DNA from: Sedimentisphaerales bacterium
GTDB lineage: Bacteria; Planctomycetota; Phycisphaerae; Sedimentisphaerales; Anaerobacaceae
Reading direction: 5' to 3'
Length of the DNA: 64,000 nt
Assembly: GCA_040772485.1 (NCBI GenBank)
Contig: JAXGYC010000008.1
Coordinates: 256,001-320,000 of the forward strand
This document shows, one piece after another, positions 8,975 through 24,327 of the stretch. Position numbers and translations under genes: made by a program. Position 1 is the stretch's first letter. Each line of letters starts with the position of its first letter. The notes under the pieces are model-generated. The model worked only from the letters and a program-made list of their open reading frames with translations. It was not told the DNA's origin and made no database searches.

Positions 8975-11047
8975 TCAGAAAAGGATCGCTTTGGCGACCT
9001 GATCGGGGACTCTTTCGTAGCTCAGAGGCTCCATCGTGAAGTTCCCTCGGCCGGCCGTGAGACTTCGAATGTCGCTGGAATAACCGAACAGCTCCACCAG
9101 CGGCACGTTCGCGTCCACCACGCGCATGTTGCCGTGGACGCGGCAGTCGGTTATCAGCCCTCTCTTGGCCAGCAGATCCGCCTGCACAGCCCCAAACGCG
9201 GCTTCCGGGACGACCGCCTGAACGCGCATCACCGGCTCCAGCAGGACCGGCCCAGCCTCCTTCATGGCCTTTTCGAGAGCCATCCCGGCGGCCTGTTCAA
9301 ACGCCAGCTCCGACGAATCCACCGAGTGGAACGAGCCTCCGACGAGCGTCACCCGCAGGCCCACGACCGGGTAGCCGGCCAGGACGCCGTTGCCCGACGC
9401 CTCGCGCACGCCCTGCTCCACGGACGGAACGTAGTCCCTCGGAACCTGGTCCGGCGTGACGTTGGCGGTGAACCGCAGGTCCGTGAGGTAGTGTCCGTCC
9501 TCTGAAAACAGAGGCTCCACCGCCAGAACCACGTGCCCGTACTGGCCACGCCCACCGCTCTGGTGGACAAACCTGGCCTCCGCCTGAGCCGGTTGGGTGA
9601 TGGCCTCTTTGTAGGCCACCCGAGGCTTGCCGACCCTGACATCGACCTTCCGTTCCCGCGTGAGCTTGTGCTGGAGGACTTCGAGGTGGAGTTCTCCCAT
9701 GCCGCAGATGACCGTTTGGCCGGTATCGGGGTCGATCTTGTACTCAAACGTGGGGTCCTCGCGGCGGATCGATTCCAGGGCGGTCGCCAGCTTCGCCCGC
9801 TCTGCGGCCGTTCGCGGCTCGATGGACATGGTGATGACCGTCTGGGGAAACGTGATACTGGGAAGGGTCACCGGTTTCTTCGTGTCGCAGATCGTATCGC
9901 CGGTCAGGGTCTGCTTGAGCCCGATGACCGCCACGATATCCCCGGCCGACGCCTCCTCCAGGATCCTGCGCTCGTTGGCATGCATCTCGAAGACGCGGGT
10001 GATGTTCTCCTTCGCGCCACGGTTGGCGTTCAAAACGCGGGTGCCCGACTTCAAGGTCCCCTGGTAGATTCGCAGAAAGCTCAGATCGCCGTGCGAATCG
10101 CTGGTAATCTTGAACGCCAAGGCTACCAGCGACCCCTTCGGATCGCACTTGATCGCGACTTCCTTCGACTCGTCGTCGCCTTTATGCCCGATAAGAGCAG
10201 GCTTATCGAGCGGTGAGGGCAGGTAGGCCACCACGCCGTCGAGCAAACGCTGGACCCCGATGTACTTCAACGCCGACCCGACGAAAACCGGGTTCAGCTT
10301 GTTCGCCAGGGTCCCCTTGCGAACCGCTTTCCTGATCATCTCGGCCGTGACGGACCGGTCGTTGACGAACGCGTCCATCAGCGCTTCATCGTGCTCGGCC
10401 GCCTGCTCAATCAGGCGGGCCCGGTAGTGCTTCGCCTGTTCGCTGTACTCCATCGGGATGTCGGTCTCGCGGAAGCTCGCCCCCATCTTCTCGGTCTCGT
10501 AAAAGACCGCCTGCATCCCAACCAGGTCGATGATCCCGGCGAACAGGTCGCCCGCCCCCATGGGCATCTGCATCACGATCGGGTGGGCCAGCAGCTTGTC
10601 GTGAATGCTCCGGACGCTCATCTCGAAGTCGGCGCCGATCTTGTCCATTTTGTTCACGAAGCACAGGCAAGGCAGACCGTACTTCTGCCCCTGACGCCAA
10701 ACCGTCTCGCTCTGGGCCTGGACCCCCTCGCTCCCGTCGAAAACGGCCACCGCCCCGTCGAGTACGCGAAGCGATCTCTCCACCTCCGCGGTGAAGTCGA
10801 TGTGGCCCGGCGTGTCGATCAGATTGATCTCAAAACCCTTCCACGGGCACTTCGTGGCCGCCGATGTGATCGTGATCCCCCGCTTCTGCTCCTCCTCCAG
10901 GTAGTCCATGACCGCCGTACCTTCATGGACCTCGCCCATTTTATAGGTCTTTCCGGCGTAGTAGAGAATTCGCTCGGTCACCGTGGTCTTGCCCGCGTCG
11001 ATGTGGGCCATGATGCCGATATTCCGCGTATTCTCTAACTTACCCAT
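8975..11047 (-). CDS. fusA: Elongation factor G (str-operon copy, divergent)
   Basis: RNIGIMAHIDAGKTT, RGITI, DTPGH, NKMD, QSGGRGQYGHV, HSVDSSE; start trimmed to ATG 11047 (690 aa). Confidence 0.95.
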   Translation of the reverse strand: MGKLENTRNIGIMAHIDAGKTTVTERILYYAGKTYKMGEVHEGTAVMDYLEEEQKRGITITSAATKCPWKGFEINLIDTPGHIDFTAEVERSLRVLDGAVAVFDGSEGVQAQSETVWRQGQKYGLPCLCFVNKMDKIGADFEMSVRSIHDKLLAHPIVMQMPMGAGDLFAGIIDLVGMQAVFYETEKMGASFRETDIPMEYSEQAKHYRARLIEQAAEHDEALMDAFVNDRSVTAEMIRKAVRKGTLANKLNPVFVGSALKYIGVQRLLDGVVAYLPSPLDKPALIGHKGDDESKEVAIKCDPKGSLVALAFKITSDSHGDLSFLRIYQGTLKSGTRVLNANRGAKENITRVFEMHANERRILEEASAGDIVAVIGLKQTLTGDTICDTKKPVTLPSITFPQTVITMSIEPRTAAERAKLATALESIRREDPTFEYKIDPDTGQTVICGMGELHLEVLQHKLTRERKVDVRVGKPRVAYKEAITQPAQAEARFVHQSGGRGQYGHVVLAVEPLFSEDGHYLTDLRFTANVTPDQVPRDYVPSVEQGVREASGNGVLAGYPVVGLRVTLVGGSFHSVDSSELAFEQAAGMALEKAMKEAGPVLLEPVMRVQAVVPEAAFGAVQADLLAKRGLITDCRVHGNMRVVDANVPLVELFGYSSDIRSLTAGRGNFTMEPLSYERVPDQVAKAILF

Positions 11048-11095
11048 ACCTTCACTAATCGAGGGCCCCATCACATCGGATGGCCCGATCCAAGT

Positions 11096-11134
11096 AAAAA
11101 AAAAAGCCACGGCTCTTGGGAAACCCGCCGTGGC
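11096..11134 (-). terminator. Intrinsic terminator-like hairpin between rpsG and fusA
   Basis: Minus strand GCCACGGC-(13 nt)-GCCGTGGC followed by ten T. Confidence 0.8.
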
Positions 11135-11151
11135 ATTGTCACCCACAAACG

Positions 11152-11625
11152 CTACCAGGCAAAGTGAGCGAACGCCTTGTTGGCCTCCGCCATGCGATGC
11201 ACGTTCTCGCGAGTCGTCATGGCTCCGCCCTGCTTGTTGTAGGCGTCGAGAAGCTCGCTCGCCAGACGCTGGCACATGGGCTTGCCCTTCTTGCCCCGCG
11301 CCGACGCCAGAATCCAGCGAAACGCCAGTGACTGCTGCCGTCTCGGGTTCACCTGCATCGGCACCTGATAGCTCGCCCCACCTACGCGCTTGCTGCGAAC
11401 TTCGAGCAGCGGCTTGACGTTGTTGATCGCCGTTTCGAAGATCTCCACCGGCGGGACGTCCTTCAGCTTGCCGCCGACGATGTCCATGGCGTCATAGAAG
11501 ATCTGCTGGGCGGTGCTCTTCTTGCCGTCCCACATCATGCAGTTGACGAATTTCGAGATCAGCTTGCTGTTGTACCTGGGGTCCGGCTTCAGTTGGACGC
11601 TGGAAGAGGTAAACTTCTTGGCCAT
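11152..11625 (-). CDS. rpsG: 30S ribosomal protein S7
   Basis: [37 protein letters not shown]. Confidence 0.98.
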   Translation of the reverse strand: MAKKFTSSSVQLKPDPRYNSKLISKFVNCMMWDGKKSTAQQIFYDAMDIVGGKLKDVPPVEIFETAINNVKPLLEVRSKRVGGASYQVPMQVNPRRQQSLAFRWILASARGKKGKPMCQRLASELLDAYNKQGGAMTTRENVHRMAEANKAFAHFAW

Positions 11626-11669
11626 AACGTTTTCTATCGCCTCACATGCCTGCTAAAGAGTTCTCAGTG

Positions 11670-12041
11670 CTATTTTGCCTTCTTGGCCCCGTATTTGCTG
11701 CGGCCCTGTCGGCGCCCGGAGACCCCCGCACAGTCCAGCACGCCGCGGATGATATGATAGCGGACGCCGGGCAAGTCCCGCACGCGGCCGCCGCGAATCA
11801 TCACCGTGCTATGTTCCTGAAGGTTGTGGTCGATGCCGGGGATATAGGCCGTCACTTCCTTGCCGTTGGTCAGACGCACGCGCGCCACCTTCCGCAAGGC
11901 CGAGTTCGGTTTCTTCGGCGTCTGCGTTCGCACGATCAGACACACACCACGCTTCTGGGGCGAACCGCTGATATCGGAGACGCGTTTCTGCCCTTTGGAT
12001 TTCGCTCTTGGCTTTCTGACTAACTGATTAATCGTCGGCAT
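11670..12041 (-). CDS. rpsL: 30S ribosomal protein S12
   Basis: [33 protein letters not shown]. Confidence 0.99.
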   Translation of the reverse strand: MPTINQLVRKPRAKSKGQKRVSDISGSPQKRGVCLIVRTQTPKKPNSALRKVARVRLTNGKEVTAYIPGIDHNLQEHSTVMIRGGRVRDLPGVRYHIIRGVLDCAGVSGRRQGRSKYGAKKAK

Positions 12042-12072
12042 AACCCCAATCTCGATTCAAAACCATTCTTGC

Positions 12073-15000
12073 CTAATCAATGCCAAGGATTTCCTTGACC
12101 CTCGATTCGGCCTTGGCCTCTGCTTCCTTCTCTTCCCGGACGCCTGCCAGTTCCTTCGGCACCGGAGCCTCGACCAGATGCTTGACTCTCATTTCCAGAT
12201 GCGGCTTGAAGGCCGTCCCGGCCGGAATCAGATGGCCGAGAATCACATTCTCCTTCAGACCGTGCAATTCGTCAACTTTACCCGCCAGCGCCGCCTCCGT
12301 CAACACTTTTGTGGTCTCCTGGAAGCTCGCCGCCGCAATAAAGCTGTCCGACCATAGCGACGCCTTCGTGATGCCCAGGAGCAGGGTCTTGGCGGTGGCC
12401 GGCTTGGGCTTGCGTCCCTTGGCCGGGTTTCCACCGAGCACCTCGATCTTCTCGTTGGCCTTGGCCAGGTCTTTCTTCTCCAGGATCTGGCCTTCCTCCA
12501 GCTCGGTCACGTCTCCCTTGTCGGAGACCCGCAGACTGTTGCTCAGACGCTCGTTCTCCTTGCGGAAGACGAATTTGTCGGTCACCTCACCCGGCAGGAA
12601 CGTGCTGTCACCCACCGAGTCGATCTCGACCTTTCGCATCATCTGCGAGATGATGATCTCGATGTGCTTGTCGTTGATGTTGACGTTCTGCGAGCGGTAC
12701 ACGTTCTGGATCTCGCCGATGAGGTATCTCTGGAGGGCCTCCTCGCCCTTGATCCGCAGGATATCGTGCGGCACCAGCGGGCCGTCCGTCAGCGCGTCGC
12801 CGGCTTCCACCAGGTCGCCGGTGTGCACGTTCAGATGGCGGTCGCGCGGGACGTGGTGCTCCTTTTCCATGTGTTCGCTGCGAACGGTAATCGTCATCTT
12901 GCCCTTGCGCTTGTCGCTGCGCAGCTCGACGCGTCCGCTGATCTCGGCCATGGCGGCGGGGTCCTTGGGCTTGCGGGCCTCAAAGACCTCGGTCACGCGA
13001 GGCAGACCGCCGGTGATGTCCTGCGTACCGCCGGTGGCTCGCGGCTGGTGCGCCAGCAACTGTCCGGCCTGCACCTCCTGGCCTTCGGTCACCTCGATGC
13101 GCGCCCCGGCCGGCAGATAGTGGACGTCCAGGATCTTGCCCTTGGAATCCTCGATGATGATCTGCGGATGCTTGTCGCCCTTGTGCTCGATGACCACCGG
13201 GCGCTCCAGCACCTTCACGTCGGCATCCTTGCTCTTGAGCTTCGACGTCCGGACGCGCGCCTCTTCGGTCTGGACCGTTTCGCCCTCGATGATGTCCACG
13301 AACCGGATGATCCCGGGCACCTCCGCCAGAATCGGCGTCCGGTGCGGGTCCCACTGGAACAACGTGGTGCCGGCTTTGACCTTCTCGCCGTTCGGGACCA
13401 GGATGATGCCACCATACGGGACCTTGAACTTGTCGAGTTCGCGCTCCTTCTGGTCCAGCAGGGCGATCTCACCGTTGCGCTTGAGGGCCACGATGATCTC
13501 CGTGCCGTCGTCGCGCTTGAGCGAGACGGCATTGATGTCGCGGTACTGAACCGTGGCGGTGTGCGTGGCCTTCTGCTCGCGTTCGAGAATGGCACGCGAA
13601 GCGACACCGCCGGTGTGGAAGGTTCGCAGGGTCAACTGGGTGCCCGGCTCGCCAATGGACTGGGCGGCGATGATCCCGACGGCCGCGCCTTCCTCGACCA
13701 ACCGGCCCGTGCTCATATCCCAGCCATAGCACTTCGCACAGACGCCAAACGGGCTGTCGCACGTCAGCGGGCTTCGCACGCGAATCGCGTCGAGCCCCAG
13801 CGCCTCGATTTTCGCCGCAATTTCCGGCGTGATGACCTCGTTCTCGTGGACGATCATCTCGTCCGTGATCGGGTTGCGGATGTTGTCCCGCGCCGTTCGC
13901 CCGATCACCAGTTGCGACAGCGGAATGTCGACCTGATCGCCCCGGCTGACCGTGCTCTTCGTGACCCCCTGCAACGTCTGGCAGTCGCGCTCGATCACGA
14001 TCACGTTCTGCGCCACGTCGATCAGCTTGCGGGTCAGATACCCCGAGTTGGCGGTCTTCAAAGCCGTATCGGCCAGACCCTTGCGCGCCCCGTGCGTGGA
14101 GCTGAAATACTCCAGCACCGTCAGCCCTTCCCGGAAGTTCGCCTTGATCGGCGTCTCGATGATCTCGCCGCTGGGCTTGGCCATCAACGCTCGCATGCCC
14201 GCCAACTGCTGGATCTGGTCGATGCTTCCTCGGGCGCCCGAATCCGACATCAGGTAGATCGGGTTCAGATAGGGCGTCCCGTCCTCCTTCTTGTCTTCCC
14301 GAAGGCCCCGGATCATTTCGTTGGTGACGGCCACGCGGGCGTTCGTCCAGGCATCAATTACCTGGTTGTAGCGTTCGCGCTCCGTGAGAACGCCGTCGTT
14401 GTAGTTCTTCAGAATCTTCGCCACGCGCTTCTCGGTCTCGGCGATGATCTCCGCCTTCTTGGCCGGGATCTTCAGGTCCGTCAGACCGAAGCTCAGGCCC
14501 GCCAGGGTCGCGTAGCGGAAGCCCACGTCCTTGATGCGATCGAGCAGGCCGACCGTCTCGGCGTTGCCCGCAAATTCGAAACAATCACTGATCACCTGAC
14601 TGAGCTTCTTCTGGGACATCGTCAGGTTGTAGAACGGCATCTCCTTGACCAGGATGTCGTTGAAGAGGCAACGGCCCACCGTCGTCTCGATCACACGGGG
14701 CTTGTACCCGCTGCCGTCCGGCAGCGGCTCGGCGAACTGAATCTCGCCCGACTTCTCGCGCACCATCTTGCGATGGATGCGGACGCGAATCTTGTCGTGC
14801 AGCCCAATCTTGCCGGTGTCATAAGCCATCATGGCTTCAAACTCGTCGCGGAACACCGCAAGCGAGCGCGCCGATGCCGACGGCGCCGCCGCCGGATTCA
14901 GGTCCTCCAGCGTCACGGTCAGATAGTAATTGCCCATGACCATGTCCTGCGAGGGCCCGACCATCGGCGAGCCGTTGGCCGGAGAGAAGATGTTCCCCGT

Positions 15001-16443
15001 GGTCATCATCAGGATATGCACTTCCGCCTGCGCCTCGACACTCAGGGGCAGGTGGACCGCCATCTGGTCTCCGTCGAAGTCCGCGTTAAAGCCTTTGCAG
15101 GCCAGCGGATGCAGCATGATCGCATTACCCTCGACCAGCACCGGCTCGAACGCCTGGATGCCCATCCGGTGCAGCGTGGGTGCACGGTTCAGCAGCACCG
15201 GATGCTGATGGATGACCTCCTCGAGGATATCCCAAACCTGCTCGTCGCGGCGCTCGATCATCCTCTTGGCGCTCTTGATCGTGTCGGCGAAGCCGTGCTG
15301 TTTGAGCTTGCGGATGATGAACGGCTGGTACAGCTCCAGTGCGATCTTCTTGGGCAGGCCGCACTGATACAGCTTCAGGCTCGGGCCTACCACGATCACC
15401 GACCGGGCCGAGTAGTCGACGCGTTTGCCCAGCAGGTTCTCGCGGAAGCGACCCTGCTTGCCCTTGATCATGTCCGTCAGAGACTTCAGCGGCCGGTTGT
15501 TGCTGCCCAGCACCGGACGGCGGCACCGCCCGTTGTCCAGCAGAGAATCGACCGCCTGCTGAAGCATGCGCTTCTCGTTGCGGATGATGACCTCCGGGGC
15601 ATTGAGGTCGATGAGCTTCTTGAGGCGGTTGTTCCGGTTGATGATGCGCCGGTACAGATCGTTCAGATCGCTGGTGGCGAAGTTGTCGCGTTCCAGCAGA
15701 ACCAGCGGTCGCAGGTCCGGCGGAATCACGGGAATCGCCTCAAGAACCATCCATTCCGGCTTGTTGTTGCTCGTCTTGATCTCGTTGATCGTCTTGAGCC
15801 GCTTGGTGAGGTCCTTGATCTTCTGCTTGCTGTTCGTTTTCGAGATCGCCTTGCGCAGATGCGCGCTCACCACATCGAGATCGAGCGTTTCCAGCAGGGC
15901 CTTGATCGCTTCGGCCCCCATCGAGGCCTTGAACGAATTGCCGTACTTGCTCATCGCGTCGCGGTATTCCTCTTCGCTGAGCAACTGGGCGGCCTTCAGC
16001 GGCGTCGTGCCCGGGTCGGTGACGACGTAGTCCTGGAAATAGACGATCTTCTCCAGGTCCGAGCTCTTCGTGCCCAGGATGGTGCCCAGACGGTTCGGGA
16101 TCGACTTGAAGAACCAGATGTGCACGACGGGCGCGGCCAGATTGATGTGGCCCATGCGCTTGCGCCGCACGCGGCTGTGGGTCACCTTGACGCCGCACCG
16201 GTCGCAGATGATTCCCTTGAACTTCGTACCCTTGTACTTGCCGCACGCACATTCCCAGTCGCGCTCCGGACCGAAGATCCGCTCGCAGAACAGACCGTCC
16301 TTCTCCGGACGATACGTCCGGTAGTTAATCGTCTCAGGCTTGCGGACTTCGCCGAAAGACCAACTGCGAATATCGTTCGGACTGGCCAGCGAGATCTTCA
16401 CCGAACCGTAATCATTAATCCGATCGTAGATATTCCCTAACAT
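12073..16443 (-). CDS. rpoC: RNA polymerase beta' subunit
   Basis: Zn finger, catalytic [24 protein letters not shown]. Confidence 0.99.
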   Translation of the reverse strand: MLGNIYDRINDYGSVKISLASPNDIRSWSFGEVRKPETINYRTYRPEKDGLFCERIFGPERDWECACGKYKGTKFKGIICDRCGVKVTHSRVRRKRMGHINLAAPVVHIWFFKSIPNRLGTILGTKSSDLEKIVYFQDYVVTDPGTTPLKAAQLLSEEEYRDAMSKYGNSFKASMGAEAIKALLETLDLDVVSAHLRKAISKTNSKQKIKDLTKRLKTINEIKTSNNKPEWMVLEAIPVIPPDLRPLVLLERDNFATSDLNDLYRRIINRNNRLKKLIDLNAPEVIIRNEKRMLQQAVDSLLDNGRCRRPVLGSNNRPLKSLTDMIKGKQGRFRENLLGKRVDYSARSVIVVGPSLKLYQCGLPKKIALELYQPFIIRKLKQHGFADTIKSAKRMIERRDEQVWDILEEVIHQHPVLLNRAPTLHRMGIQAFEPVLVEGNAIMLHPLACKGFNADFDGDQMAVHLPLSVEAQAEVHILMMTTGNIFSPANGSPMVGPSQDMVMGNYYLTVTLEDLNPAAAPSASARSLAVFRDEFEAMMAYDTGKIGLHDKIRVRIHRKMVREKSGEIQFAEPLPDGSGYKPRVIETTVGRCLFNDILVKEMPFYNLTMSQKKLSQVISDCFEFAGNAETVGLLDRIKDVGFRYATLAGLSFGLTDLKIPAKKAEIIAETEKRVAKILKNYNDGVLTERERYNQVIDAWTNARVAVTNEMIRGLREDKKEDGTPYLNPIYLMSDSGARGSIDQIQQLAGMRALMAKPSGEIIETPIKANFREGLTVLEYFSSTHGARKGLADTALKTANSGYLTRKLIDVAQNVIVIERDCQTLQGVTKSTVSRGDQVDIPLSQLVIGRTARDNIRNPITDEMIVHENEVITPEIAAKIEALGLDAIRVRSPLTCDSPFGVCAKCYGWDMSTGRLVEEGAAVGIIAAQSIGEPGTQLTLRTFHTGGVASRAILEREQKATHTATVQYRDINAVSLKRDDGTEIIVALKRNGEIALLDQKERELDKFKVPYGGIILVPNGEKVKAGTTLFQWDPHRTPILAEVPGIIRFVDIIEGETVQTEEARVRTSKLKSKDADVKVLERPVVIEHKGDKHPQIIIEDSKGKILDVHYLPAGARIEVTEGQEVQAGQLLAHQPRATGGTQDITGGLPRVTEVFEARKPKDPAAMAEISGRVELRSDKRKGKMTITVRSEHMEKEHHVPRDRHLNVHTGDLVEAGDALTDGPLVPHDILRIKGEEALQRYLIGEIQNVYRSQNVNINDKHIEIIISQMMRKVEIDSVGDSTFLPGEVTDKFVFRKENERLSNSLRVSDKGDVTELEEGQILEKKDLAKANEKIEVLGGNPAKGRKPKPATAKTLLLGITKASLWSDSFIAAASFQETTKVLTEAALAGKVDELHGLKENVILGHLIPAGTAFKPHLEMRVKHLVEAPVPKELAGVREEKEAEAKAESRVKEILGID

Positions 16444-16482
16444 CGAACGCCCCTTACAAAGTCACAAACCCGCCCCGCACAC

Positions 16483-20241
<3,759 letters not shown>

Positions 20242-20339
20242 CTGTGGCTCCTACGCTCTGTAGCTGTCTGACCGACACCCACGGGCCATCACACGGCCCG
20301 GTACACCCCAATTCCTGAATTGTGACCGCGCTTCGATAC

Positions 20340-20756
20340 CTACTTGATCTCGACGTCCGCGCCGGCCTCGACGAGCTGCTTCTTGGCCGCCTCGGCATCT
20401 TCCTTGCTGACGCCTTCCTTCACCGGCTTGGGCGCCCCTTCGACCAGATCTTTGGCCTCTTTCAGGCCCAGCCCGGTCAACGCGCGGACCTCTTTGATGA
20501 CCTGGATCTTCTTGTCGCCGAATCCCTTGAGAATCACGTCGAAGGTGCTCTTCTCCTCCGCGGCCTCGCCGCCCGCGGCAGCGCCCGGCATCGGCCCGGC
20601 CATCATCACGGCGCCGCCGGCCGCCGGCTCGATCCCGTATTCGTCCTTCAGATAATCCGCCAGTTCCTTGGCTTGCAGCAGGCTCAGGGCCACGATCTTG
20701 TCGCCCAGTTCCTTGATTCCGGCGCCCCACGTCTTGTTGGTTTGTTCGTCAGCCAT
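20340..20756 (-). CDS. rplL: 50S ribosomal protein L7/L12
   Basis: [35 protein letters not shown] 20756 preceded by GAGGAG. Confidence 0.98.
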   Translation of the reverse strand: MADEQTNKTWGAGIKELGDKIVALSLLQAKELADYLKDEYGIEPAAGGAVMMAGPMPGAAAGGEAAEEKSTFDVILKGFGDKKIQVIKEVRALTGLGLKEAKDLVEGAPKPVKEGVSKEDAEAAKKQLVEAGADVEIK

Positions 20757-20889
20757 GTGTAAAAACTCCTCTATGTCCAACGCCTGACGGTAGCCGGAAC
20801 TCCACCGTCCCGTTTAACCCTTGCGGGGCAACCATACAGGCCGTTAGTAATCACTCGTGACAGATTGAAGGGACAGACCTGGTGACGTC

Positions 20890-21423
20890 TCAGGCCGCTT
20901 GCTTTTCCGCTTTCTCGATGATCGATTTCAGACAACCAGCAATGGCTCTGGCCGGCCCCATCACGGCCCCGACCACACCCGCGCCCGGCGAGGTGATGCA
21001 GGCCGAGATCCGGCCCTGGAGATCGGCACGCGTCGGCATCGTCGCCAGTTGCGCCGCCCCCGCCGCGTCCAGAGCCGTCCCATCCAGGAAGGCCCCGGTG
21101 ATTTCTATGGGCGCCAGCTTCTTCGCCCAGTCCATCATCTCCTTGGCGACATCCACGACGCTGTCGCCGCCATAGACGATGGCCGCCGGACCGGTGAACA
21201 ACCCGGCCGCCGCATCCATCTTGCGGTTGCGCAAAGCACGCCGGAACAGGGCGTTGCGAACCACCGTCAGGTGAATGCCCTTCTCCTTCAGCGCCCCACG
21301 CATCACATTGTTGTCGACACCCCCAACGCCTTTCATCCTGACCACCAGGAAGTCCTGGATTCCCTCATCGACGATCCGGTTCTCCAGTTCCGCCTGAAGC
21401 AGTTGTTTCACGTACTTGCTCAT
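20890..21423 (-). CDS. rplJ: 50S ribosomal protein L10
   Basis: [25 protein letters not shown]; located between rplA and rplL. Confidence 0.95.
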   Translation of the reverse strand: MSKYVKQLLQAELENRIVDEGIQDFLVVRMKGVGGVDNNVMRGALKEKGIHLTVVRNALFRRALRNRKMDAAAGLFTGPAAIVYGGDSVVDVAKEMMDWAKKLAPIEITGAFLDGTALDAAGAAQLATMPTRADLQGRISACITSPGAGVVGAVMGPARAIAGCLKSIIEKAEKQAA

Positions 21424-21533
21424 TTCGTCTCCCGTCTATACACGATCCCGAGCGACGCGGCCGACGTCGCCAGACTTCTCGGCCGAACTCCCGGGGCCTA
21501 TGACCGACCTACCCGCGCCCGATACACCAACGG

Positions 21534-22211
21534 TCAGACGCTCACCAGCACTCCCGGACTCATCGTCGCCGACAGGCACGCCTTCTTGATGTACGTCCCT
21601 TTGGCGGAACTCGGCTTGACCTTCTTGATGTGCGAAACGAAGGCCTCGATGTTCTCGACCAGTTTCTTCTTGTCGAAACTCTGCTTGCCCACCACCGCGT
21701 GCACGTTGCCGCCGGCATCGTTGCGGAACTCGATCTTGCCCGCGGTGAACTCCGCCACCGCCGTAACGACGTCGTCCGTCACCGTCCCGTTCTTCGGCGA
21801 TGGCATCTTGCCCTGCGGACCCAGAATCCGCCCGAGCTTGCCCGCCTTGCCCATGACCTTGGGCGAGGCGATCGCCACGTCGAAATCGAGCCAGCCGTCC
21901 GTGATCTTCTGGATCAGCGCATCCGTTCCGGCCTCGATCGCGCCCGCTTTCCTGGCGGCTTCGACCTCCGAGTCCGCGCAGAACGCGATGACTCTCTTCT
22001 GCTTACCAACGCCGTGCGGCAGCGACAGCGAGCCGCGGATCAACTGATCCGCCTGTTTCGGATCGATCCCCAGGTGCAGAACACATTCGATCGTCTGATC
22101 GAATTTCACCGAGGTGAACGACTTGATCTTGTCTACTGCGGCATCCAGGCTGAGCGCTTCCTTGCTGACCTGCTGGACCTCTTTCTGGTATCGTTTGCTT
22201 TTGGCCTTCAT
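21534..22211 (-). CDS. rplA: 50S ribosomal protein L1
   Basis: KFDQTIE, LPHGVGK, LGRILGPQGKMPSPKNGTV, SATMSPG. Confidence 0.98.
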   Translation of the reverse strand: MKAKSKRYQKEVQQVSKEALSLDAAVDKIKSFTSVKFDQTIECVLHLGIDPKQADQLIRGSLSLPHGVGKQKRVIAFCADSEVEAARKAGAIEAGTDALIQKITDGWLDFDVAIASPKVMGKAGKLGRILGPQGKMPSPKNGTVTDDVVTAVAEFTAGKIEFRNDAGGNVHAVVGKQSFDKKKLVENIEAFVSHIKKVKPSSAKGTYIKKACLSATMSPGVLVSV

Positions 22212-22234
22212 ATCAACGCTGCCCAAATCCCCGT

Positions 22235-22660
22235 TCATTCCTCAATATCGATTCCCATGCTGCGCGCCGTGCCTCGAATGATCTTATCGGCCTGTTCGAG
22301 GTCGTAGGCGTTCAGATCTTTGAACTTGGTCTCGGCGATCTTACGCACCTGCGCAGGCGTCACCTTCCCGACCTTCTCCCGGTTCGGGACGCCGCTGCCT
22401 TTGGCCACGTCGGCGGCCTGCTTGAGCAGGACGGCTGCCGGAGGGCTCTTGACCTCAAACGAAAAGCTCTTGTCGGCATATACGGTGATCACCACCGGCA
22501 CCGTCATCCCGTTGAGGTCCCTCGTACGATCGTTGAACTGCGAGACGAACTGTCCGATGTTCACCCCATGCTGGCCGAGGGCCGGACCGATGGGGGGGGC
22601 CGGCGTGGCCTTGCCGCCCGGCGCCTGCAACTTGATCTTGGTTAAGATTTCTTTTGCCAT
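22235..22660 (-). CDS. rplK: 50S ribosomal protein L11
   Basis: [26 protein letters not shown]. Confidence 0.98.
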   Translation of the reverse strand: MAKEILTKIKLQAPGGKATPAPPIGPALGQHGVNIGQFVSQFNDRTRDLNGMTVPVVITVYADKSFSFEVKSPPAAVLLKQAADVAKGSGVPNREKVGKVTPAQVRKIAETKFKDLNAYDLEQADKIIRGTARSMGIDIEE

Positions 22661-22727
22661 CTCACACCCTTGCGCTATCGTGCCACGGCCTCGCCGCACT
22701 CGCTACGAGGCTCTTGACTGCCTCACG

Positions 22728-23270
22728 TCACACTTTCTCAATCTGCCAGTATTCGATGTCCAGCGGCGTGCTGCGACCGAAAATCGTCACAATGACCTTG
22801 ACGATCCCACGCTCGGCATCGATCGAATCGACCGACCCTTCGAAATTCTCAAAGGCGCCTTCGCGAATCTTGATGTGGTCGCCCTTCTGGAACTCGACCT
22901 TGATGCTCGGCGCCTCCTCGGGTTTGTCGGCATCGAGAAGCATCTTGGCCACGTCCGTATCCCGCATCGGCGTGGGCATCCCTTCGGTCCCGATGAAATC
23001 CCCGACCCCGCCGGTGCCCTTGATCATGAACCACGCATTCTCGGGAACCCGTCCGTCCTCCGTGGCCTCCATCTCCATGAACACGTAGCCGGGATACAGC
23101 TTGCGCTTGTGGACCGTCTGCTTGCCCCCCCGAATCCGCTTGATCTGCTCGGTCGGCACCTCGATGCGCCCAATGACATCGGCGAGCCCCTCCTGCGCCG
23201 TCTTGCGCTCGAGGGCCTCCTTGACCTGCATTTCCTTGTTTGCCGCGACTCTTAAGACGTACCAGTGCAT
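22728..23270 (-). CDS. nusG: Transcription termination/antitermination factor NusG
   Basis: WYVL, LYPGYVFMEM, KOW domain, VTIFGRSTP. Confidence 0.97.
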   Translation of the reverse strand: MHWYVLRVAANKEMQVKEALERKTAQEGLADVIGRIEVPTEQIKRIRGGKQTVHKRKLYPGYVFMEMEATEDGRVPENAWFMIKGTGGVGDFIGTEGMPTPMRDTDVAKMLLDADKPEEAPSIKVEFQKGDHIKIREGAFENFEGSVDSIDAERGIVKVIVTIFGRSTPLDIEYWQIEKV

Positions 23271-23473
23271 CCCAGTGCCTTTGGTCTGCCGCTTCGGAAG
23301 CGGTCCACAATCGTAGGGCTATCGCGCCCGGCTCACTGTGTCGCTCCGTCGATCCGGCCGGAACGAGCACACCCGTCAATTCACCTTCTAACCCTTGCGC
23401 GGCCCGACCTGTGGTCCGTCACCAGCCGGCCGTTTCCTCCGACGCACGATCCTGCCATGCGCCGCCCCCCCCT

Positions 23474-23857
23474 TTAACTGAGGAGGTACTCAAAAACCAT
23501 CTGGAACACCAGGTCCGTGGTACCCAGAAGCGCGGCCATAAGGACGACCACGATGATCACAACCAGAGTCGAGACCGCCACTTCCCGCCGGCTCGACCAG
23601 TTGACCTTCTTCAACTCCCCCTCGGCGGCGATCAGGAAATCCGCCACCGCCGGCTTGTTCAGCAGCCAGTAGATCAGCACGGCCAGACCCACAAACACCG
23701 CCACAGGAACCAACGACACCACCCACAGATTCATGTCGGTGGCGCCGAGCTTCCCGTAGAGTCGCCAGCAGCCGAAAGCCACGATGATCGCCGCGACGAA
23801 ACCGCTGCAAAGTCGCGTGTACTTGCCCTGTCCCGACTTGTATATCTGTGTCAACAT
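23474..23857 (-). CDS. secE: Preprotein translocase subunit SecE (3-TM form)
   Basis: FLIAAEGELKKVNWSSRREV followed by a TM helix; between tRNA-Trp and nusG. Confidence 0.93.
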   Translation of the reverse strand: MLTQIYKSGQGKYTRLCSGFVAAIIVAFGCWRLYGKLGATDMNLWVVSLVPVAVFVGLAVLIYWLLNKPAVADFLIAAEGELKKVNWSSRREVAVSTLVVIIVVVLMAALLGTTDLVFQMVFEYLLS

Positions 23858-23921
23858 GAGCCGCCTATCCTGCCAATTTGCCACCTGGACACGACGTCGA
23901 CAGCCGTGTCTCAACACGAAC

Positions 23922-23994
23922 CAGGCCAGAAGGGAATCGAACCCCCAACCTTCGGTTTTGGAGACCGACGCTCTGCCAATTGAGCTACTGGCCT
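23922..23994 (-). tRNA. tRNA-Trp (CCA); 3' CCA not encoded
   Basis: AGGCCAGTAGCTCAATTGGCAGAGCGTCGGTCTCCAAAACCGAAGGTTGGGGGTTCGATTCCCTTCTGGCCTG folds to a cloverleaf. Confidence 0.97.
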
Positions 23995-24019
23995 ATCCCA
24001 CGCAGAGACATCCTAACGG

Positions 24020-24187
24020 CTACTTTCGCCTGAGCTTGTGAACCGTGTGCTTGCGTTCGGTCTTGCAGAACTTCTTCAGCTCCAGCTTCGGGGCTCCCTC
24101 GGCGACGCTGACGTTCGTTCTGTAATTCCGCTGATTGCAGACGGTGCACTCGAGCCAGACGTTCTCTCTCTTGCTCTTCTTTGCCAT
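24020..24187 (-). CDS. rpmG: 50S ribosomal protein L33
   Basis: Manual translation [24 protein letters not shown]...[22 protein letters not shown] (55 aa; not in the ORF track). Confidence 0.95.
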   Translation of the reverse strand: MAKKSKRENVWLECTVCNQRNYRTNVSVAEGAPKLELKKFCKTERKHTVHKLRRK

Positions 24188-24327
24188 GCCAAGTCAATCC
24201 AACCGGGCACAACAGCCGGGCAAAGAAGGTGCCCCTTCCTGGCCCGGCTGCGGCGCCGTTCTATGGTTCGATTCGACCGCGAGCGATCCACAACGCCCCG
24301 GCGAAATCTAAACGTTCCCCGACGCGG

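Noticed and set aside
11048..11275. 76-aa N-terminal extension of EF-G in the ORF track
   Set aside because: Overlaps rpsG and runs through a terminator hairpin; homology starts at MGKLENTRNIG
21424..21533. L10 leader RNA between rplA and rplJ
   Set aside because: Position fits, but I could not recognise the conserved kink-turn/GAGAC-type core by eye
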